A DNA stretch of 64,000 nucleotides from Candidatus Dojkabacteria bacterium (GTDB lineage Bacteria > Patescibacteriota > Dojkabacteria > SC72 > T1SED10-24), in NCBI GenBank assembly GCA_003554185.1, contig PWFU01000029.1:298-64297 (forward strand), written 5' to 3'. Shown here piece after piece: positions 30,712 through 40,780 of this stretch (the first letter of the stretch is position 1; each line of letters opens with the position of its first letter). The notes under the pieces are model-generated. The model did no database searches, was not told where the DNA came from, and saw only the letters and a program-made list of their open reading frames with translations. The translations under genes were made by a program, and so were the position numbers.

Positions 30712-31970
30712 GATAGTGGATGATTTTCTTTGTGAGTTTTTTCAGCAAATTTGTCACTAGCGTGCACGTATCTCGTTGTTGTATTTAAACTTTCGTGACC
30801 AAGAAGAACTTGAATAGCTGCAGGACTAGCACCATTCTCAGCTAAATAAGTAGCAAAACCATGTCTAAGACTGTGAGCAGAAGTAGGAACAATAATCCCA
30901 AGCTTCCTTCTATATTCTGCAATTTTCTCTTGGACAAAATTCGTAGAAAGCCTTTTCCCACGAGAACCATCACGCCCTCCGCTAAAAGGGATGAATAGAG
31001 CAGGGGAGTCAAAGCTTTTAAGGAAGCCATTTTCTCTAAACTTTTCCAACATTTTTATATACCCATATGTTTCACGCTCAAGATTTATTATCTCAGAAAA
31101 AGAATCTATATCTGTATTACCATCACTTTTACCATGTTTTATTCTCACTTCTAAATACTTATCAAGCCAATACATAGATCTGTCTGTAAGATACACAAAA
31201 CGCTCTTTGTTTCCTTTTCCCATAACAAAAATTTTACCACTAGAGTTTATGTCTCCCAAATTTAGAGCCATAAGTTCTGAAATTCTCAAACCAGTAGCAA
31301 AAAGCATCTCTAAAATAGCTCTATTTCTAAGTGCAACATTAGAATTACTTTCAAAAGTCATAGGACACTCAATCAGATTTATAAGGTCTTCAATTTCTGC
31401 AACCTGAGATTTTTTCTTTTCAGCTTTAAGTAACTTAACAGCATCAGGAGCTATAGGTACATCTAGATCAAATTCTATACGATATCTCAAATATGACCTA
31501 AGAGCTGAGAGCATTCTATTATTACTCCTAGAATCTAAACCCGCTTTTTCTCTCCCGGTATCTTTCGAAACAAACTCTCCTAAAGTACCAAAAACCTTTC
31601 TATAGACGTTTTCAAGAAAGTTACCAGTAGATAAACCCCCAATGGATTTATTTTCGTTCAAATTTGCCCCCTTAGAGCTCGAAGTCGCTTTTTTGCTTTG
31701 AGAAAGGGATTTAAACTCACTTCTGTACCTTTTTAAGTCTTCTAGATGGTTTCCTTCTCTCAAATATCCTTTATAAAACGTTATTGTTTGTTTACTGACA
31801 TCTTCAAACTTTATATCATTGCTTTTCAGAAATAATGCAAATATAGATAAGTCTCTCGCATAATTATACAAAGTTAATAAACTATAATTATTATTTTGCA
31901 TTTCTAATAAAAAGCTATCCTGATCAGGTAATTTGGGTATTAAATTGTGTAAATCAGTATTTTTTTCCAT
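30708..31970 (-). CDS. Tyrosine recombinase (XerC/XerD/phage-integrase family) with an expanded N-terminal region
   Basis: ATGLRISEL (Arg), HSLRHGFATYL (HxxR), LLGHESLNTTTRYVH (His, Tyr). 420 aa, with an S/K-rich insertion in the N-terminal SAM-like domain. Confidence 0.9.
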   Translation of the reverse strand: MEKNTDLHNLIPKLPDQDSFLLEMQNNNYSLLTLYNYARDLSIFALFLKSNDIKFEDVSKQTITFYKGYLREGNHLEDLKRYRSEFKSLSQSKKATSSSKGANLNENKSIGGLSTGNFLENVYRKVFGTLGEFVSKDTGREKAGLDSRSNNRMLSALRSYLRYRIEFDLDVPIAPDAVKLLKAEKKKSQVAEIEDLINLIECPMTFESNSNVALRNRAILEMLFATGLRISELMALNLGDINSSGKIFVMGKGNKERFVYLTDRSMYWLDKYLEVRIKHGKSDGNTDIDSFSEIINLERETYGYIKMLEKFRENGFLKSFDSPALFIPFSGGRDGSRGKRLSTNFVQEKIAEYRRKLGIIVPTSAHSLRHGFATYLAENGASPAAIQVLLGHESLNTTTRYVHASDKFAEKTHKENHPLS

Positions 31971-32443
31971 ATACTCTACTTAAATATAACATAAATAGGG
32001 GACTTCAAGTAAATAAAAACCAGAAAACGCGCTCTCACACCATATAAAAAAGAAAAATGAGGAATTATAAATCAAAAATAATGAAAAATATTTAATAGAG
32101 AAAAAGGGCAAGAAAAAAGGAAAAATATTTTTTAAATAAAAATAATACATAATAAAAAAAGAATGAATTTATAAAAAAACTCTTATTATAGTATAAATAG
32201 AAAAGTCCACCCCTCTTGGCCTAAACACACCATACCGAATATAAGGGTAATTATACTCGGTTGTTACATACCAAACATAATCCCCTAAACAAAGTGAGGG
32301 GAACAATCCCCCTCTCCTTACAACCTAACCAGATTAATATTATATTTTTTCACATTAAAGAGCCTTATTTAACACTTAATAAGTGAACATTCTATCACCG
32401 TATTGTAAGAGAATAACTAAAAGATTTATCCACACCCAATATT

Positions 32444-32484
32444 ACTATAGGATAATGTACACTATAGGCCTGTGAAACTATAGG
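32444..32484 (+). repeat. Three direct copies of ACTATAGG at 17- and 16-nt spacing
   Basis: Copies at 32444-32451, 32461-32468 and 32477-32484, in noncoding DNA between the membrane protein gene and the recombinase gene. Confidence 0.6.
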
Positions 32485-32510
32485 CTCCCCTCCTCTCTTC
32501 CCCCTTGGTA

Positions 32511-33329
32511 TCAATAAAAATAATAAAATATGAATAATATAACTAAGAAAATAAAGAAAAAATATTCAAAAAGCCGCGATTTTATAATTTCTTGACGCCT
32601 TTCAATAAAGAAATCTACCGCATAATAAAAAACAACCGTTGTAATTAGCGCAATAAACTCTACTTCCATACCAAATAATATAGTTCCAGCCAATATCAGT
32701 AATACATTCCAAATTATCAAAAAAACGTTTGTTAAAATTACTCTAATCTCTAAGAAAAAATAAGTCATCAAGAGAAAAACAAACAAAATATAAAAAATTA
32801 AGAGAATAAAAACTGCGAATAAAATATTGTCCTGCAGAGATAATATGCTGTATGTCAAGAAAAATACTGATAAAACGGTAAGAAGATAAATGCTAGTTTT
32901 TGCTACAGCTTCTAAAGGTATTCTCCTAAAACTTGAGACTGCAAAGATATTCGCTGTCAAAAATGCAAAATAAATAATCAAAAATGCTATTATTAAAACG
33001 ACAATGACAAGAAAAGCTTCAGAAACTCTAGCAAAATCCCCTGCAAAAAAAGTTTGAAGAAAAAGCACTTGAGTGAAAATTATTAGTGCAAGATGAAGAG
33101 AAATTACTGTAATAATCCGAAAATTTAGTTTAAATCGCAAAACCCAGAAAAACACCAATATTGATAAGAAAGCATATAAAACAGATAAAATAATTGGGCT
33201 TTCTGCAATTTCGCCAAACAATCCAAATAACTGATGCCCTAATAAAGAAAAAATCACTAATAAGGAAACTAATATTATCCTCCCCTTTTTTGCATTATCC
33301 ATTCTTTGCTTAATTACATCTCGCATCAT
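32511..33329 (-). CDS. Polytopic membrane protein, unknown function
   Basis: 272 aa, 7 or more TM helices. 4-nt overlap with ruvB. Confidence 0.7.
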   Translation of the reverse strand: MMRDVIKQRMDNAKKGRIILVSLLVIFSLLGHQLFGLFGEIAESPIILSVLYAFLSILVFFWVLRFKLNFRIITVISLHLALIIFTQVLFLQTFFAGDFARVSEAFLVIVVLIIAFLIIYFAFLTANIFAVSSFRRIPLEAVAKTSIYLLTVLSVFFLTYSILSLQDNILFAVFILLIFYILFVFLLMTYFFLEIRVILTNVFLIIWNVLLILAGTILFGMEVEFIALITTVVFYYAVDFFIERRQEIIKSRLFEYFFFIFLVILFIFYYFY

Positions 33330-34381
33330 ACCTCACCCCCCTTCTGCATAATATAGTTTATAGCTTTTTCAGTCAGTACCCTTCCCCTACTGGTCCTTTG
33401 TAAAAACCCTGATTTCATAAGAAAAGGTTCGTAAACATCTGTTAAAGTACTCTCTTCTTCAGATATAGCTGCTGCTAAAGTCGATACCCCCACCGGACCA
33501 CCTTCATAATATTGCCAAATAGTTTCAATAATCATTCTATCCACGTCCTCAAACCCAAAACCATCAATACCCAAGAGTTCAAGAGCCTCTAGAGCAACCT
33601 TTTTAGATACTAATGACTCTTTAATATCCGAATTCTCATAGTAATCTCTCACCCTACGAAGCAACCTTAAAGAAACCCGAGCAGTCCCTCTAGACCTTTT
33701 CGCAATTTCATTAAGCGCATCTTTCTCGAAATTCATATCCCAGACCACTACTGCCCTTTCCAATATCTTCAATATATCGGATTCTTCAAAATAATCTAAC
33801 CTTTGCACCAAGCCAAAACGATCTCGCATAGGTGGACTCAATTTCCCAATATTAGTTGTAGCACCTATCAAAGTAAAAGGGTTTAAACTCAGCCTTATGG
33901 TTTTTGCAGAAGGGCCCTTCCCCACAACAATATCTAATACGCCGTCCTCCATGGCAGGATAAAGGGTCTCCTCTACCCCACGGGACAATCTGTGAATTTC
34001 ATCTACGAACAAGACATCATTATGCCCTAAATTAGTTAAAATCGCTGCTAAATCACCCTGCCTCTCAATAGCGGGTCCTGAAGTAACATGCAAAGAAGAA
34101 CCTATCTCCCGCGCAATAGCATTCGCAAAAGTAGTTTTACCAAGACCTGGAGGGCCATAAAAAAGAATGTGGTCTACACTATCACCCCGTTTTTTGGCAG
34201 ATTTAATCATCATATTTATAGCCTCTTTTTCTGTTTTTCTGCCAATAACCTCGTCTATATTAGAAGGACGTATATTGGGCTCCATATCTTCACTGCTTTT
34301 ACTTGAATCATGCACAACAGAAAGCTTCTGATTTTCAGACTTCTTTTGTTGTCCTTCTTTATTTTTGCTACTTCTGATCAT
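33326..34381 (-). CDS. ruvB: Holliday junction branch migration ATPase RuvB
   Basis: GPPGLGKTT Walker A, FVDEIHRL Walker B. The ATG at 34381 is preferred over the TTG at 34393. Confidence 0.95.
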   Translation of the reverse strand: MIRSSKNKEGQQKKSENQKLSVVHDSSKSSEDMEPNIRPSNIDEVIGRKTEKEAINMMIKSAKKRGDSVDHILFYGPPGLGKTTFANAIAREIGSSLHVTSGPAIERQGDLAAILTNLGHNDVLFVDEIHRLSRGVEETLYPAMEDGVLDIVVGKGPSAKTIRLSLNPFTLIGATTNIGKLSPPMRDRFGLVQRLDYFEESDILKILERAVVVWDMNFEKDALNEIAKRSRGTARVSLRLLRRVRDYYENSDIKESLVSKKVALEALELLGIDGFGFEDVDRMIIETIWQYYEGGPVGVSTLAAAISEEESTLTDVYEPFLMKSGFLQRTSRGRVLTEKAINYIMQKGGEV

Positions 34382-34970
34382 TTCGCAAAACAATAGATAT
34401 TAAATTCTCCACGGTCATATCACCATCAACTTTTTTGTATTCCTCCCTACCCTTTTGAACTAAACCTTTCAGTTCTTCTCCACGAAAACCCAAAGATTTT
34501 AATGCTTTATTTAACTCATCAAACAATTCTTTTTCTACAACAGACCCACCTGTATAAAAATCTTGTTCATATACTCCCTGAAGCTCTAAAACTATTTTCT
34601 TGGCGCCCTTTTCTCCCAAACCTTTAACTTTACTCAAAGTCTGATAATCACCAGAATACAATATTTCTTTAAATTCAGGAGAAGAATAATTAGATACTAT
34701 TGACAGTGCAATCTTTGGCCCTATTCCTGTGACATTTAAGACATTTTCAAACATTTCCTTTTGTTCTAAAGAAAGAAAACCATAAAGAGTTTGACTATCC
34801 TCTCGTACTTGTAAACTAGTAAACAATTTAACCTCTTCCTCTAATTGAAGAACACTATTAGAAGGGACAAATACACCATACCCTACACCACAAGCGTTGC
34901 GTACAATTATATACATCTGATTGGCACTATAACTTAAATCAACTATTTCCCCTTCAATATATGCAATCAT
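34368..34970 (-). CDS. ruvA: Holliday junction DNA helicase RuvA
   Basis: MIAYIEGEI N-terminus, two HhH motifs (GIGPKIAL; KVKGLGEKGAKKI). Confidence 0.9.
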   Translation of the reverse strand: MIAYIEGEIVDLSYSANQMYIIVRNACGVGYGVFVPSNSVLQLEEEVKLFTSLQVREDSQTLYGFLSLEQKEMFENVLNVTGIGPKIALSIVSNYSSPEFKEILYSGDYQTLSKVKGLGEKGAKKIVLELQGVYEQDFYTGGSVVEKELFDELNKALKSLGFRGEELKGLVQKGREEYKKVDGDMTVENLISIVLRNDQK

Positions 34971-35464
34971 TTGGATTTTAAACTTAAATTAGATATCAAA
35001 GAATCATTACAACAAATAGCTACTGCAATAGCATCTGCAGCATCATCTGGTTTTGGGATCGTATCTAAATTACACAAGATCTTTACATTTTCCTGAACCT
35101 GTTTTTTCCCCGCCTTACCATAACCAGACACAGAACTTTTTATTTGCAAAGGAGTAAAACTATAGGCGTCTATCCGATATTCTTCCAGAATTAATAAAAC
35201 GACTCCTCTTGCCTCACCAACAGACATTGCAGTTTTAGAATTATTACAAAATAAAAGAGACTCTACTCCAGCCATATCAGGAGCAAATTTTTTAACAATC
35301 TTAGACAGGTCAGTATGTATCTCCAATAATCTCTCCCCCGCTCGAAGCTCCTTAGACGTTTCTATGACACCATAATCGACAATCAAAGAAACTTCTCGTC
35401 CTTCAAAATCAATTACCGACCAACCAGTTGTTGCAACACCAGGATCTATACCCAAAACCCTCAT
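34967..35464 (-). CDS. ruvC: Crossover junction endodeoxyribonuclease RuvC
   Basis: MRVLGIDPG...; C-terminal DAADAIAVAIC motif. Confidence 0.9.
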   Translation of the reverse strand: MRVLGIDPGVATTGWSVIDFEGREVSLIVDYGVIETSKELRAGERLLEIHTDLSKIVKKFAPDMAGVESLLFCNNSKTAMSVGEARGVVLLILEEYRIDAYSFTPLQIKSSVSGYGKAGKKQVQENVKILCNLDTIPKPDDAADAIAVAICCNDSLISNLSLKSK

Positions 35465-35476
35465 TTTTAAAAAATA

Positions 35477-36250
35477 TTATAATTTAACATCTGTCCAAAC
35501 ATTTTGAACATCAGGATATTCTTCTAAGCTCTCAACTAAAATCCTTAATTTTTCTAAATCCTCATCTGATAGGTCTTTAAATATTTTTGGTGTACGAATA
35601 AGCCCATAATTCGAAATAACGTAACCCAGATTTTGAATACCCGTCTTTACTTTATGTATATCTTGTGCCTCACTAAAAACCTCTATTGAAGACTCCTCCG
35701 ACTCCGCTATATCAATACATCCAGGAATCTCTAAAAGATCGTTCAAAACTTGATCATAATCACTTTCTACAAAAACCTCCTCCAAACTATTTTGCTTATT
35801 TGCAACCATTTTACCACATTGCACCTCTACCCTTCCCTTTTGTTCAAAATTCCACGATACAGAGCCTGAATTGGATAAAGTCCCACCTGAATCAGAAAAA
35901 ATCTTTCTCAAATCGGAAACTACTCTATTTTTATTATCTGTAGCCACATCAACTACAATTGATCCGCCTCCAGGACCTATACCTTCATAAAAACACTCTT
36001 CGATTTTTTCTCCATTTTCACCTACGCCCAAACCTTTGTTAATAGCACGCTGAATGTTATTCGCAGGCATAGACTCAGACTTGGCTTTTTCAACCAATTT
36101 TCTCAATGTAGGATTACTATCAACATCCCCCCCACCATCTTTAACAGCTATTGAAATTTGCTGAGCAAGCTTGGAAAAAATCTTACCTTTTTTTGCATCA
36201 GCAGCGCCCTTTGCATGTCTAATTTTTGACCATTTAGAATGACCTGCCAT
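35477..36250 (-). CDS. YebC/PmpR family DNA-binding regulator
   Basis: MAGHSKWSKIRHAKG canonical N-terminus. An alternative ATG lies 2 codons upstream at 36256. Confidence 0.9.
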   Translation of the reverse strand: MAGHSKWSKIRHAKGAADAKKGKIFSKLAQQISIAVKDGGGDVDSNPTLRKLVEKAKSESMPANNIQRAINKGLGVGENGEKIEECFYEGIGPGGGSIVVDVATDNKNRVVSDLRKIFSDSGGTLSNSGSVSWNFEQKGRVEVQCGKMVANKQNSLEEVFVESDYDQVLNDLLEIPGCIDIAESEESSIEVFSEAQDIHKVKTGIQNLGYVISNYGLIRTPKIFKDLSDEDLEKLRILVESLEEYPDVQNVWTDVKL

Positions 36251-36292
36251 AAACATTAAAATCAGATATATTACTACCTGATTTTAACATAT

Positions 36293-36613
36293 TTAGTAGT
36301 AGTTTTTATCATCTTTCTCCTGCTTATTATACTCATCATATTTATTAAGAACCTCTTCAACGTTTTTGAAGCCGGAATTTCTTAGCATAGACTCTAAATC
36401 TCCTTCCTTTACATTGTTTCCAAAAGCCCGCATCGCAGAATCAAATGACTTTAGTAACAAAGCAACTGCATCAACCCTATACTCTTCAGAGATATCTTCT
36501 TTGTCACGAATATCTTGCAACATGTTATTATAAGAATCTTCTACCCTTTTGGGAACCAACTTTTCAGCTGAATTACCACCACACTCATTTTTGTTCGCCT
36601 TAAAAAACTCCAT
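36293..36613 (-). CDS. Small hypothetical protein
   Basis: The ATG at 36613 (MEFFKANKNE...) is preferred; the track start at 36661 is a TTG. Confidence 0.5.
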   Translation of the reverse strand: MEFFKANKNECGGNSAEKLVPKRVEDSYNNMLQDIRDKEDISEEYRVDAVALLLKSFDSAMRAFGNNVKEGDLESMLRNSGFKNVEEVLNKYDEYNKQEKDDKNYY

Positions 36614-36664
36614 ACAAAACAATAGTACCAAATATTCAACTACTTTAACAAGAGGAAACAATCA

Positions 36665-37231
36665 CTACTCAGAAGAAGAATTAGCAGGGACTAGATTACC
36701 ATACTTCTTCTTAAAATTTTCAATCTTACTTTCCGTTAACTCCCTTTTCTTTTCCATCACTTTATTGACATCTTCCATTTCATATCTCAAATCCCAAAGC
36801 TTTTCTGATAATTCATTAAATTTGCTTCTATCATGATCTTCTAAACTTTTTTCCAAATTTTTCATTTCTTCTTTAATTTCCTCCTTAATTTCAGGCAACC
36901 TATTAGGAACGTACTCCAATTTAGAAACTAGACGTTCATATTCCTTTGCAATATTCGCCTTAAGTTGCTCACGAAGCTGAATAGCAGGTTGATCCTTCCC
37001 AAGAGCGAAAAGCTGGCTCATTTGCCTAAAAAGCTTCTCTTGCTCCTGATGAAACTCTTGCTCATAACTATCATCTTCTTCTTCATCAAAAATCGAGACA
37101 CCACCATCTTCATCCTTTAAATCCTGTTTAGCGGTATTTGCATCATAAGAATCCCAAGATCCTACATCCTTGTTTTTTTTATCATCCTCTTGCTCTTTCG
37201 TAGTATTTTTTGACTTTTTATTTTTGCTCAT
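36665..37231 (-). CDS. Acidic/charged hypothetical protein
   Basis: 188 aa, K-rich N-terminus then a D/E-rich helical region. Directly downstream of the ATPase gene. Confidence 0.6.
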   Translation of the reverse strand: MSKNKKSKNTTKEQEDDKKNKDVGSWDSYDANTAKQDLKDEDGGVSIFDEEEDDSYEQEFHQEQEKLFRQMSQLFALGKDQPAIQLREQLKANIAKEYERLVSKLEYVPNRLPEIKEEIKEEMKNLEKSLEDHDRSKFNELSEKLWDLRYEMEDVNKVMEKKRELTESKIENFKKKYGNLVPANSSSE

Positions 37232-37310
37232 AAAACTTCCTTAAATATGTTAACCTCGTTCATTCTAGCATAAATTGCTGTAAACACACCAAAAAAATTT
37301 TTTACAGGTC

Positions 37311-39743
37311 TTAAGACATTTTAACTCTATTTCCTTTAGCACTATACTTTTGATTACTCCAGCGCTTCACTTTATCCTCTATATCAGCCCTAGGTCTACC
37401 AAATCTTTCACGAGAATTTTTGATAATATCATCACTATAACCCATTCTATCATACCTCAAATCTAGCGATTTCGCACTAAAAGGTTTAGATGTCATCCCA
37501 TCTATACACAACTTTATATACATAGAGTGCGCCTCAAGAGAGACCAAATCTTCTGCTGTAAATATCGGAGCATATTCATTGGATAAAATTGAAGCATCAC
37601 TTTGACTAACAACAAAAGAACCCAAAGAACCCACATTACCAAAAATCGCACTTCTTACATTAATGGGTAGCTGCTCAATATACTGATTAGTCATAACCAA
37701 ATTAAGTTTGAATTTTCGAGCCTCTGATAGAATCTTTGCAAAAGATTCTGTTGCAAAATTTTGAAACTCATCAACATAAAGAAAAAAATCCTGCCTATCT
37801 TCAAAAGGGATATCTACCCTCTCCATAGCAGTACTCTGTAACCTTGTAATTAACATTCCCCCTAACAATGCACTATTCTCCTCCCCAATTTTACCTTGAG
37901 CCAGATTTACGAGGAAGATTTTTTTATTATCCATAATCTCTCTTAAATCTATTGTCGATTTAATTTGCCCTACAATATTTCTAATAACTGAGGTGGATAT
38001 AAAGCGCCCTACTTTGTTCTGAATAGGAGCAATAGCTTCTGTCTTTAACCTAGAATTGGAAGACATTGAAGCAAATTCTTCTTCCCAAAATTTTCTCAGT
38101 ATAGGATCATCTACATGCTTTAGTATAAAAGTACGGTAATTGTCATCCGTTAGAATCCTCAAAACACCCAACAAAGTCGTTCCTTGAGCCTCCAAACAAG
38201 TCGCTATAGCATTCTGCATAATATACTGTAACCTAGGACCCCAGGAGTCTCCAAATTGCTTTTTGAACACCTCTACAACACCATCCGCAACAAGATCTCG
38301 CTGACTCGGATCTCTCAGTTCAAGCATATTAAAACCAATGGGATTCTCAATGTCGGAAGGATTGAAATACACTACATCCTCAAGACGATGAGAGGGTATA
38401 TAATCTAGCAACTCCTCAACATCTTGTCCATGTGGGTCCACATAACAGACCCCATCCCCAGATAAAATATCTGACAAAATCATATTTTTAAAAACAGTAC
38501 TCTTACCTACTCCCGTCTTTCCTAATAAATAGAAATGTTTAGATCTATCTTGTCTTTTAATACCAAATTCCATTTTTTCATTGCGATAGTCAGTCCGAGC
38601 AAACACATTCACATCTTTTGCACCTGCAAGAGGCAAGTTCATAGGAGGTTCTGCTTTCTTTGCTCTACTCCAATTTATGTTAGGAGTCTCCACCGTAATA
38701 TTTGGTAAATGAAAAACAGACGCCAATTCTTCCACTCCCAAAATATCATCCGGCTGACTATCTAGCCACCTATATACATATTTATTATACAAATTATGAG
38801 GATCATCCACTTCTTCAATTTGTCTGAAACTGTTAAGATGAGCAGTTGTAAATTGTTTAAAGCTAGCTACAACATCCCTTAATATTTGTTCTGATCTCAA
38901 CTCGTCTCTGGCCTTAGATATTATTCTTATATTCACTTCAAAACCTAACTTAAACATTTTACCTTCTATTTCAGACAGCTCAGCTTCTTGTCCAGGAGCC
39001 AATTTAACCACCTCTTTAGTACCAAAAGACTTATCATCAGAAGAACGTGAAGGAGAGAAAATTTTACCTACTTTGCTCCAAAAAGATTCCCCTAAAGGAT
39101 CCCTCCCCTCTCTTATAGCTTCTATATATCTCTTGGATTCCTCCTGCCAACCATTAGCAACAGGACGTATAACGATTTGAATCCAAGCATCTTCACCCAT
39201 TTTCAAATCTGAAATAGCAGAAGTGATTGCAGCCAGAGGATCTACGTCAAAGTTACGGAACGTTCTAATAGGAAAGATATACCCCTTCTCAAGTTCAATC
39301 TCACCCACATTTACATATGTTTTAATAGATTTATCTGGCACATCTCTCTTACAAGTAGCATAATCAGAAACATATTCTATCTCAGCATTTGGATATTGAG
39401 CATAAACCTGCCCCTCTACAAAGTTAGAAATATTCTGAGGAGCAACAATAAAAAACCTTATCCCTTCTTCACCTGAGGAAACAATCTCGAAACTAAGTAA
39501 ATCTTCTGCCCTTTCGCGATCTCTCAATATACCATGCAAAGAAGCAAACATCTGCTCAGCTGCTAGTGGAGTAGTGTCGTTATCTCGAGGTACAAAAATC
39601 TTCATGAAAACAGGGTCTCTAACGTACTCAAAAATTTCCTCTGGTGTCTTCTTACGTCTAGCCAAAATCCACACCAAAAGAATAAATATGAACACTAGGG
39701 TTATTACCGCGACTATTATGATTAAGTATAAAGTTTCCAACAT
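37311..39743 (-). CDS. Membrane-anchored VirD4/TraD/TrwB-like (type IV coupling protein-like, HerA/FtsK-superfamily) P-loop ATPase
   Basis: 810 aa. N-terminal TM LYLIIIVAVITLVFIFILLVWILA, about 380-aa unknown domain, Walker A LLGKTGVGKST, Walker B FFLYVDEFQNF. Confidence 0.8.
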   Translation of the reverse strand: MLETLYLIIIVAVITLVFIFILLVWILARRKKTPEEIFEYVRDPVFMKIFVPRDNDTTPLAAEQMFASLHGILRDRERAEDLLSFEIVSSGEEGIRFFIVAPQNISNFVEGQVYAQYPNAEIEYVSDYATCKRDVPDKSIKTYVNVGEIELEKGYIFPIRTFRNFDVDPLAAITSAISDLKMGEDAWIQIVIRPVANGWQEESKRYIEAIREGRDPLGESFWSKVGKIFSPSRSSDDKSFGTKEVVKLAPGQEAELSEIEGKMFKLGFEVNIRIISKARDELRSEQILRDVVASFKQFTTAHLNSFRQIEEVDDPHNLYNKYVYRWLDSQPDDILGVEELASVFHLPNITVETPNINWSRAKKAEPPMNLPLAGAKDVNVFARTDYRNEKMEFGIKRQDRSKHFYLLGKTGVGKSTVFKNMILSDILSGDGVCYVDPHGQDVEELLDYIPSHRLEDVVYFNPSDIENPIGFNMLELRDPSQRDLVADGVVEVFKKQFGDSWGPRLQYIMQNAIATCLEAQGTTLLGVLRILTDDNYRTFILKHVDDPILRKFWEEEFASMSSNSRLKTEAIAPIQNKVGRFISTSVIRNIVGQIKSTIDLREIMDNKKIFLVNLAQGKIGEENSALLGGMLITRLQSTAMERVDIPFEDRQDFFLYVDEFQNFATESFAKILSEARKFKLNLVMTNQYIEQLPINVRSAIFGNVGSLGSFVVSQSDASILSNEYAPIFTAEDLVSLEAHSMYIKLCIDGMTSKPFSAKSLDLRYDRMGYSDDIIKNSRERFGRPRADIEDKVKRWSNQKYSAKGNRVKMS

Positions 39744-39805
39744 TAGAACAATTCTAACTCAAATCAAACTAAACTGCACTATCCTAGAGTATAAAGATTT
39801 CTATT

Positions 39806-40780
39806 TTACTCCTCTCCTAATACAACAACTATATCTGCTGTAGTTAAGAAATCAGGACGCTTTTCCTTTATCACAGGATCTTCAATAACCTGCTTGACCT
39901 TTCCAAGAGCAACACTATATTCTTCCCTGTTAGGAATATATATATAATCTTTTTCATATTCATAGGATGTGTTCTCATATCTAACAATGTTACACCCCAG
40001 GTTATTTATTCTCCGAGCCATTTTACGAGCATAAAGAGGTACTTCCGTCGCATTATATACTTCGACCTTTACTTGCTCTCTGGCTAAATCTCGGCTACTA
40101 ATTACTCCATAATTTTGTTGTATGGAATTATCAAATTTTTCCAAATTTAACACATCTACTTCACCTCTAGCATCCAATTGTTCTTTTCTAGTAAAATCCT
40201 CCTGTCCAAGATCAATAAATTCGTGCCTGTCTGAGGAAATTACACTATCAATTTTATTAAAATATCTATATATATCCATAAAACTCAAATTCGAATATAA
40301 TGAGGCAGAAACTATATCCGCTTGATAATAAGTGTTCACTAACCTTGGAAGTGTAAAACCAGAAAAAATGCTTAAAACCTCATCCTTTTCCCTCCCCCAA
40401 CCAGTTTCTGAGCTAAAAAATAATTTAGCTAAATCAGGTTTAATCCATACATAGCTATCAAAATCTAAAGCTGTTTGAGTACTAATTTGATCTAAAACGT
40501 AAGCGTGTTCGCTGCCGTACATAAAAGTATTTCCCGCATACGTCAGATTACCAATAGAAACATATATCTCTCCAAAATCATCTTGTATATAAAGATCTTG
40601 AGGGAAATAGTAAATAAGTAACTCGGAAATATCAGTATTATATATAACTAGCAAAATAAACAAATTCGTAGTATCTTCTGCAGACACATCTTCATAGATT
40701 AATAAGGTTTTTCTAACTTCATCTGGTTCAGAAACTTCAAAAACCTCAGAAGATTCTTGCACAACATCAGTGAATTCCAA
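39806..40780 (-). CDS. Degenerate LCP-like domain plus LytR_C domain protein (C-terminal 324 codons of a gene that appears split)
   Basis: LytR_C pattern VKVEVYNATEVPLYARKMARRINNLGCNIVRYENT. Begins at a TTG only. The frame is closed by TAG at 40807-40805. Confidence 0.7.
   Translation of the reverse strand: MEFTDVVQESSEVFEVSEPDEVRKTLLIYEDVSAEDTTNLFILLVIYNTDISELLIYYFPQDLYIQDDFGEIYVSIGNLTYAGNTFMYGSEHAYVLDQISTQTALDFDSYVWIKPDLAKLFFSSETGWGREKDEVLSIFSGFTLPRLVNTYYQADIVSASLYSNLSFMDIYRYFNKIDSVISSDRHEFIDLGQEDFTRKEQLDARGEVDVLNLEKFDNSIQQNYGVISSRDLAREQVKVEVYNATEVPLYARKMARRINNLGCNIVRYENTSYEYEKDYIYIPNREEYSVALGKVKQVIEDPVIKEKRPDFLTTADIVVVLGEE

Noticed and set aside
32195-32215. GAAAAGTCC at about 32200 resembles the RNase P RNA CR-I motif (GGAAAGUCC).
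   Set aside because: The upstream DNA is unstructured A/T. I could not find the other conserved regions (AGGGUGAAA..., ACAGAACCCGGCUUA-like), and the available length is too short for a P RNA.
32200-32320. Possible 5S rRNA-like string (CCATACCGAAT..., GGGG-loop-CCCC).
   Set aside because: The 5' and 3' ends are both C-rich and cannot form helix I. Similarity to the 5S loop C/helix IV consensus is only superficial.
32444-32470. dif-like site, because GGATAATGTACA resembles the ATAATGTATA core of dif.
   Set aside because: The flanking arms are direct repeats (CTATAGG...CTATAGG), not the partially inverted XerC/XerD arms. I kept it only as a generic repeat observation.
21556-32484. Idea that 21.5-32.5 kb is an integrated element bounded by TACTATAGG-like sequences. 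The inverted copy CCTATAGTA lies at about 21556-21564, and the recombinase is at the right end.
   Set aside because: An 8-9-mer of this composition is expected by chance a couple of times in 64 kb. The copies are inverted rather than direct. The enclosed genes have the same AT-rich composition as the rest of the window, and there is no tRNA target or mobility cargo.
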